In this document: positions 55,341-64,000 of the stretch, in pieces | Layout of the letters: each line of letters opens with the position of its first letter | Position numbering within the stretch: position 1 is the stretch's first letter | NCBI GenBank assembly: GCA_012295275.1 | Contig: CM022665.1 | Coordinates: 33,542,001 to 33,606,000, forward strand | DNA: 64,000 nt | Direction of reading: 5' to 3' | From: Chrysomallon squamiferum | Taxonomy: Eukaryota > Animalia > Mollusca | The notes under the pieces: model-generated | Databases searched by the model: none | What the model was told of the DNA's origin: nothing | Seen by the model: only the letters and a program-made list of their open reading frames with translations | Translations under genes and position numbers: made by a program

Positions 55341-57501
55341 GAAACACACAATGCAAGGATCATCATTCAGTCTTAAAACTGAGAGTTTGCACTCCATATG
55401 GAATATCCTAGCAAACTAATCAGTAAAGTCAATCTATCTCTTTTCAGCGTACGAATACCCATTCTACAAATTGTGAACTGTTGTAGACAAACAAAAAGGG
55501 AGTTCATTCATGCCAGCTGTTTCCACAGTTAGGTCTAGGATGTTAATAATATGTTCCAAGCTGGCATTGCAGGATAGCTCTAGATTGCAAAAACATACTT
55601 GTGGCTTGCATGATCTCAAGATTGCTGCATGTTTTACTGATCATAAGCAATGCAAAACACATGCATTATTTGCAGAAGTAGAGTGGGATAAACTTTAGAG
55701 AAAAAAATCATAACTTTTTATCATACTGTTATACCTATTTTTATATTCAAACTAGCAGCATAACAAAATATTCAGTAAAATCTTTACCAATAAAGTGCAA
55801 GCCTAAACTGCAATACTACCTACAAATGTCTGACAATATATGGTTTTAAACTACAGGATTACCCAGTTCCATCTAGTTAGAATAATTATAATTATACAGA
55901 ACACACTCAAGCACAGATATCTAGGAGGATTATACATTCAAGAAAATGACTAAATAGTTGGACACTAGTTTAGACGGCAGGCAATGTTCCTTCTAAGCTG
56001 CACATAAGTGCAGTGCTCTATTGGTGCTGCACATATCAAAATATTGCCTCTCATTTTTTAAAAATATAACTGATGTGTTTCCCCAGGGTGACTGCGACAG
56101 TTCTTCTTTAAACACTTAAAACTGCTATCTGCAAATTACTTTTGCCGATACTGTACATTCATCTGAGCCATAATCATCGATTACACAAATTTACAAGAAC
56201 CGTAACTTGTAACAGCAAAAATTACGACACTGGAAAAAATGCCTCCAGAAGTTAATGGGTGCTAACTACACCTGAATGTTCTTTTCTGTTGGGTTCCGAC
56301 ACGGGGAACATTGCCAGTTAGAAAAATTAATACATTAATATTATACCGAATTATAATTTTAGTTCATTATGCAAGCATTTGAATAAAAATAATCCAGTTT
56401 GAAAATGTAATATAAACAACCATCCTTATCTTTATCAGTGTAAATCATAAAAAGTTCCGAAAATAACCATAATATAACTGAATTTGGAAGTTTAAAATCT
56501 TCTGAGCTCACAGAACATTCTGATCGAAATCCAAGATGGCAGTGTTGAAAGCTGATCAGTGTTTACAAACTTTTAAATAAGTATGCCTTCATAAAGCAAT
56601 CAATTCTACATGGATTATTAAAAGTAATTTGGGGAAATGTGTCATTTAATCAATGCCTCGTATACACAGATGTCTGTTATTGAATAGAAAGTGCTGCAAA
56701 GGTCGAAACCTTTTTTTTTTTTTTTTTTTATCTTTGATGTCATATCATCTCGTACATGTTTCGTACTATATAATTTTTTCAGATATCATTACGATGTCGC
56801 CAGCCAAAAACAAATTAAATAAAATAATTTTCACAGACACTGGCATGTGAATATGAAGATGACTATTCTCATTTGGTACCCTAACGTGGACACGTTACTC
56901 TGCTAAAACTCCATAGCGGACAGTTCTGAATACGTAGTTGTAAAATGATACTTGAAACCATTACAATTCTTTTTTTTTTTTTTAAATAATATTTATTTCC
57001 ATTTTCAATGCATTAGAGGTGGTATTTACATGTAAAAAGCAAACTGATCACGTAATTTGAATGATTGCCTTGATACATTCATTATAATGCTTGATACCAG
57101 TTTTACAACAGAAAGCTAAAAAAATAATAATTATAGGCCCGTTAACCGGCCGTATATAAAAATTCGTTAAAAATTAATTGTTTCACTCTTTTTCGTTAAA
57201 ACAAAAAGCATTCAACTTCTAAAACATGTACTATTAATTATGTATGCAAACAATGATTCCTATTTTTATTTTTAAAAAAACACTGGTAAAATTAATAGAT
57301 TTTATGATATTAATGAGTAAAGTACATCTGAATGTGAATAGTTAATCCAAACAAATCAATGCATCTCCAGACTAATGATTACTTTCAAGCTGAATAGTAA
57401 ATCACTAAATCATTGGCAGTAAATGGTTCATAAAATTACAAGTATAAAATGGCTAAAACAAAATTGCTGTGCAAAAACGATACCTTAATAAGTTATAATA
57501 C

Positions 57502-57780
57502 CTGCGACGGAAAAACTTCAAGAAATTGCCTTTATTCAGTATCAGTTGCAAAATTTCAAAATATCGTCTTTTAAAAAGCAAAATTTCTCCATTTCTTTTT
57601 GACTGGTTCTTCTCTAATTTGACGAAATTGGAATTAACAGTACTTCATAATATAGGATAACAACCATGCGCTGATTAGCTACTCCATCCAAACATGGCGT
57701 CGCGCAGTCGCCTTTTCGTGTACGTTACATCCGTTGTCAATATTGCGCGCTAACATCAGCATTATGTATAGAAAGCGCTG
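57502..57780 (-). promoter_or_regulatory. Scm candidate non-coding first exon and CpG-rich promoter
   Basis: Donor CAG|GTATTA at 57501 can join the acceptor before exon end 53021, with an in-frame stop upstream of the ATG. A CpG-rich patch spans 57665-57785 and includes YY1-like aaacatggcg. Confidence 0.55.
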
Positions 57781-57884
57781 CGCTAACAGAAAACATAGAC
57801 CATTTTAAATTTGGGCGCACTAATTGAAAAGTTGCTATATGATTCATCAGCTCGCATCAACTGATATATTTGATACGCAGAAAT

Positions 57885-60800
57885 AGGTAAAGATAGAGCA
57901 AGCCTACGCGACACCGACACCGAAAACAAAAGTGATACAAACATTTGGGAAACAATGAAAAGGAAAAAAAAAAAACAACAACAACATATTGAACGCCGAG
58001 CTACCATTGCGATCCACAAAAAAAACAAAAACACGCAGATATCGAAAAAAAGTTGCGATATCTGTTGGAAGCACAAATACATATCATCGACAAAACAACC
58101 GAAGTAAACAAAAATCAAAATGCACAAGAAATATATTTTGAAATAGATTCAAAATCATTAAAAACTATAGGTCCCAGCATAACTATCTGGGATGAAGTAT
58201 TTATTGTCAGGGTATTACCAAAAATAATCCCTGACACCCAACAAACAAAGAAAACACCAATACCACAACCAAGAAAAACACTGCTCATGCAACAGCAGCC
58301 AAAAAAACCCCATTAATTACACAGCAACAACAACCCAAACAAACAACAAAAAACAAAGAAACAACAATTCACAAATACATCTCCACATATTTGGGTTTTT
58401 ACTACCCGTATGCGGATAAGCATGATTCCTTTGAGATGTTTAACAAAGAAATACTACAACAAACAAAAGCTAAACAAGTCGGTGTGGAAATGTGGAAAAA
58501 TCCAAGATACTGGACCACACTGAAGTTTAGAAGCAAACTAACCAACACAAGCATCACCATTGATGGGTACAGATAACTTCTGACAAATGAGGCCACAGTT
58601 ATCCAAGTGTGGCCACTGTCAGAAATGGGGTCACATCACAAACCAATGCACCCACAGACACAACCCAAAATCACTGACATGCAGTTTCTGCGGTGGAAAT
58701 CACCACAGAAACTCGGAACAATGCTGTTCCTGGCAAAGCGTGCGAACTGCCAGGGTCCACACTCATCAGATTACAAACTGTGCCCATCAAAAATTACAGC
58801 AACAACTTTGAACACAGCAGACGAGAAAACAAAATTTTACGCATCGTCAACAAAAAATGCCAAAAAACATAAGAAAACACCAAAACTATCACTGAAAAAA
58901 AAAAATCGAACATCACAACAACAAACCAAAAGACAATCTGGACAAGGAGGTCAGAATTGCAGAAATACACAAAATTATTATCTGCCTCCTTATCGAACTT
59001 CAAAACATTAGAAACAACCCAGAAAACATCACTGACGACTCCAATTTCGAGTACACGGTAGCCCAAATAATTGAAGACAGCTTGGACTTCAAGATCCCCC
59101 ACAGACAACGAAAGACTTAAATTACATACAGACAAGAGAAATCCCACAAACACAAAACAACAGTGAACAAAAAAACCAGCAAATAGTACCAACCATTTAC
59201 ACACTCTTCACGATAACCACACCAATAACACAGGCCTCTCCACTCTTCAGTGGAACGCTAAAGGCCTCCACGGAGATGAACTCAAACACTTCCTGGCCTC
59301 CTGACTTCAACAAAATGATAACAACAAAAACAAGCTCATTACAGTGTGTGATTTCAACTGTCACAACGCCTTATGGGATGGCTTGACAGATGACAGCCCT
59401 GGAATCGTCCTTGAAAATTTCTTGGAGCAAAACCAGCTGGTCTGTCTGAATGACGGAGCACCCACATACACCAGCGACATCAATGGTGGCCAATCCGCCA
59501 TTGATCTAACGTTCCCAAGCAAGGACATCGCAGAGCTATGCAAATGGCAAGTGCTCAATCAACAGCGACCATCACCCAATACTTGCCAACTACAACTGTA
59601 AGAACACTTTCTCGGACAGATCCATTTTCACACCCAAATGGAATTTCAACAAAGCAGACTGGGAAGGCTTCTACAAAGCATGCAGAAACATCATCACAAA
59701 TAACCCAAATGACATAGAAACCTACTGTACATCACTCACAACACATTACACTCCATTGCTAACACATTCATACCCGAATCCAGACAATGCACTGGCAAAA
59801 TATCCACTCCCTGGTGACGGAACGCATAGAAAAGAAATGCAAAGAAAGAAACAAATTCAGAAGACAATACAAAAAAGACAAAAATCATTCCACACACGAG
59901 AAATACAAAATAGCAAAAAAAGAAGTTTCCAACTTTATTTTCACCACAAAACAAGAACACTGGGAACCTTTTTGCAACAACATCGACCACAAAACATCAG
60001 TCAAAGACATGTGGGCCAAAGTAAAAAACATCCAAGGCAAAAAACCCCACAGAATCAACACTCGGCAAAAACAACATCGCATTCACCGACAAGCAAAAAG
60101 CGGATCTATTCAGCTGAACCTTCGCCAAGTCCAGCAGCAACTCAAACTTCCCACTGAAATTCACAAAGAAACAACCGGACAACCAAGCAATCGGCGAACA
60201 CTCCGCAGACACAGAAAACAGGAAATACAATCAACTATTCAACATCAGCAAATTAAAACATGCCCTCAAAAGCAAGAAAAGTACAGCCACGGGGCCAGAT
60301 AAAATAAGCTACACAATACTACAAAACCTACAGATGAAACACTACTCATCACACTCGATCTTTACAACACAATATGGACCACAGGCAAGATTCCAACAAA
60401 CTGGAAACACGCCGAATGTTTCAGCTTGCCCAAACCACTCAAAGATCACTCACTACCCAACGGCTACAGACCGATCATGCTGACATCACACGTGTAAAAC
60501 ACTGGAAACAATGATCAACACACGCCTGAGCGAGCATCTAAACGACAACAATTTAATCAGCAAATAGCAAAGTGGCTTCAAGAAGAAACACAGCACAAAC
60601 GACCAGATCACCCGTCTGCAAACATGAATCAACCAATCTTTTAGGAAATCGAAAAAAGTCATCACAGTATTCCTAGACATTGAAAAAGCATTCGACATGG
60701 TATGGAGGGAAGGACTGCTCGTTAAATTAATCAACAACAACATCAAAGGCAACATGTTCAACTTCATTAAAGACTTCATCAACAACAGATCCATAGCAGT

Positions 60801-62460
60801 CAAAGTGAACGGTCACACCTCCAAGAAAATGACAATCGACTACGGCATCCCACAAGGATCTGTGGTCTCACCAACACTCTTCAACATTTACGTCAACGAC
60901 ATCATCACAGCACTCGGCAAACAAGACAACGCCAAAAATCCACCAACTGAACCAATCAACACAGCACTCTTTGCAGACGACTGAGCCTTTTGGCGTGCAG
61001 GCAGATCAACCACAGCAAAACAGAAACAAATAAAAAAAGACCTAAACAACGTAAACGACTGGGCATTGAAATGTGGCATAAAGATTTCTCTTTCGAAAAC
61101 GACATGCCTCCTTTTCATCAAAAAAACAGACAACAACAAAACCACACTAAACATTGACAACAACATCATAACACAAACCAAAACATTCGACAGTCAACTC
61201 TACTTCTGAAGCCACATACACAACATAATTGCATCCTGCAAAAAAACAATCAATCTTCTAAAGTTAATTTCCGGAACCAGTTGGGGAGCAAACGAGTCAA
61301 GGCTGATTTTGATATACAAAGCGTGTATTCTCTCCAAGCTCGACTACGGAGCCACGGCTTACTCGAATGCTCCCGAACACTCTTTAAAAAAACTAGACAT
61401 AATTCAATCCAGCGCCCCCAGAGTGATTGGCCTCCTGTCAGAATACAGCATCCAACCACTGAAATACAGAAGAAAGCTGCAGCTACTGAAATACAACCTG
61501 AAAATACACACCCTGAGCACAGACCACCCCGTCAAGGATCTGGTCCCCGACCAACAAAGAATAGGGCAACTCTTTGAATAGCATAGTCTACTACTATTGA
61601 ATTTCCTGTTAAAAGCCAGCGAAATCGAAATGGAAACAGGAATAGGGGAAATCACCTTTCAGTATACATGGCCAAACTGGTTGCCATCATCAGAGCCATG
61701 CTGTGGGTGAAACACAACAACAACAACAAACACACAGTGATATTCTTGGACAGCCTAAATTCCGTCACCTCCATACAATCTGGACATTCCAGTAGACCAG
61801 ACCGACTCAGCATAATACAACACCTACACGAAGACATACAAATCAACAAGAAACAACTAATCATCGAGTGGCTCCCAGCACACGTCAGCATCATCGGCAA
61901 CGAACTTGCCGACCACTACACCAAAGAGTCACTCAGCATCAAAGACAAAGACATTTGCACCAACATACACTACGGAACAAATGAAATTCTCTCCATCGCA
62001 GCCAAACATTACGACAAACAATGGCAAAACGAATGGAACAACACCAAAAACAAATGGCACTTGAACATCAAAGCACTAACCAAAACACCCAAAATCACAC
62101 TCGCCAACAAACTACACAACAACAATCTCAACAAAGCCAGAACTGGTTACTCAACCAACTTAAATGAAATCCGATTCAAATATCACAACACCATATCACC
62201 CAACTGCAGCTGTGGACTCTCCAAAACCATGAAACACTACTTGTTTTACTGTCAAAATGTCACCAAGGAAAGACATGCACTACGCAACACATTGGAGGAA
62301 CTAAAAATTGAGTTCACGCTCCAAAACATCTTGGCACCAAACACGAAAGACAGAGAGTTAGTCCTCGCTGCAGTAACAACATACATTCTGAACACAAAAC
62401 ACAAACTTTAGACTCTTGCAGTTGAAAGTTTGAATTTTATTTATTTATTTATTTATTTAT
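57885..62460 (+). mobile_element. Near full-length decayed I-clade (Nimb/I-like) LINE
   Basis: ORF1 knuckles CGHCQKWGHITNQC, CSFCGGNH and ANCQGPH. APE motifs LQWNAKGL, CDFNCH and SAIDLT. RT motifs SGFKKKHST, FLDIEKAFD, GIPQGSVVSPTLF and FADD. RNase H motifs FLDSLN and WLPAHVSIIGNELAD. C-terminal CSCG...HYLFYC, stop at 62411, then (TTTA)n. Many stops and frameshifts; the 5' boundary is approximate. Confidence 0.93.
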
Positions 62461-64000
62461 TTTTGTCACAAAAACAAACAACTATTATATGAATTTATTG
62501 ACTTACAGATTGATTCGTTGAACAGCTGATTGATCCATGGATGGATCGGCTGATTGACGGATCAGTTTGAATAGCCAGCTAAATTAATAATTAAAAAAAA
62601 ATAAAATAAAAAAATACACGTACTTACTTTCAGACCATACTAACCTGGTTATCGGAATTTAAAAAAAGTACATAATAAATGTAAATAAGTTAACTACATT
62701 CATGTTCTTATTCGTTTTAGTTGCAGGTGTTTATAGCATCTTTTAAATCAATAAAAAGACCATCGGGGAAAAAAAAAAAAAGTTTGGAATTGTTGGACCA
62801 GAGGGAAGCAGCCAAAAAGAACAAGGAAACATCAACAGCAGCCAAGAACAGAACAAACAGCACACAACCAACGTGGACCCGGTGACAAATACGAGACATT
62901 CGGCGAGCAAGACAAGTGCTGGAAACAACAAGAAGCAGAAAACATCAACGAAACATTGCAACCGACTCGTTACGATCCAACATGCTGGACACTCCCTTGT
63001 GTCCTGCAATCGTAACGAGAACCCACTCTCTTTCCTTACCCAAAACTTTTCTGCGACAGACACGCCCAATGACCTGTCAGAAAGCGTGCCTGTCGTAGAT
63101 GTGCTTCACAACAGCTTGCTCTGATTAGCACGTTAATTATTTTCAAGGTTCAAGGTTCAAGCAAAGAAAGGTAGAAACCCTTCTGGGGCCACGAGGCAGG
63201 CAAATATTTTTCTTAAAACTAAGGATTTCATGTTCAGTAAATCTACATGTAAACTCTCATAAATACTTTATTTCCATGATCAGATATAACATAAAGTACT
63301 TGTTCTTGAGGGGTGGGGGGAAATGGATGTTGCATGGTTGCTTTGGGGTCCTTCTTAGCTCTTAGGCCTCAGAACAAAGTACCGGCTGGAAATATATTAG
63401 AAAGGGGTCAAAGTTTAATATCAAAATACACATGGACCTGTTCATAAAAAGGACAGTTGAAGAAAAGTATTTTTAATATTAAATTATGTCTTCCTTTCAG
63501 AAAAAAACTTGAATCCTTCATTAATATTATTATCACAGTTGGCTGTAGAAAAAAAAAATGGCACCCGGAAGAAATCGCACTATGCATATTTGTAAAAATG
63601 CCATCTGGCTAAAAATGTTTTTTTTTTTTAATTGTTTATTAACATTTAGTTATTCATAGTAGGTGAAGTCCTTACAAAAAGAGTTCATAACTGCACATAA
63701 AAAAGCCAGTGCATGAATAATATTTGAGATAATGATTTAATATCAAGAAATAAACTGCAGCTAATAATATATTTAACAATTGATGACAATTCATAATTAA
63801 GCAGTCAGTCAAAACAAATGAAAACCAAAATCAACCTCCCAAATACATACATATCTTATGCTATGTTTGAATCAACAGAATGATATCATCCTGGAGGATA
63901 TTTTAACTGTGGTATGCATATTAACATTGGTTACATCTGTATGATCGTGTCTGTATGTATGAATGTACATGTGCAAGCATACATATATGTATGAATGTGT

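Overview
AT-rich, intron-containing animal (invertebrate) genomic DNA, so most ORFs in the supplied track are spurious. I reconstructed four protein-coding genes by hand from splice sites and reading phase: the 3' part of BTBD10/KCTD20 (+, to 4119), a 3-exon cystatin-B/stefin (+, 20372-21694), a 12-coding-exon GDAP2 (-, 25101-33725; macrodomain plus CRAL-TRIO) and an 11-coding-exon Polycomb Scm/SCMH1 (-, 39692-53000; 2xMBT, SLED, SAM). The rest is rich in transposon relics: two decayed I-clade LINEs with RNase H, three copies of one Tigger-derived non-autonomous family, several MITEs, and hAT, piggyBac, Mutator/FLYWCH and Ginger-like fragments. The most striking structure is at 8-17.5 kb, where a near-identical 1.18-kb inverted duplication of a LINE-3'-end/Tigger junction brackets an older ~1-kb local duplication. 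Other leads are a candidate spliced antisense lncRNA with an intronic double hairpin, a ~400-bp segment duplicated just upstream of two different Scm 3' splice sites, an unusual FRVRW motif in Scm MBT2, and an extra 80-nt exon and a GC-AG intron in GDAP2. I cannot support a complete new biological system from sequence alone. No CRISPR array, rRNA or tRNA was seen.
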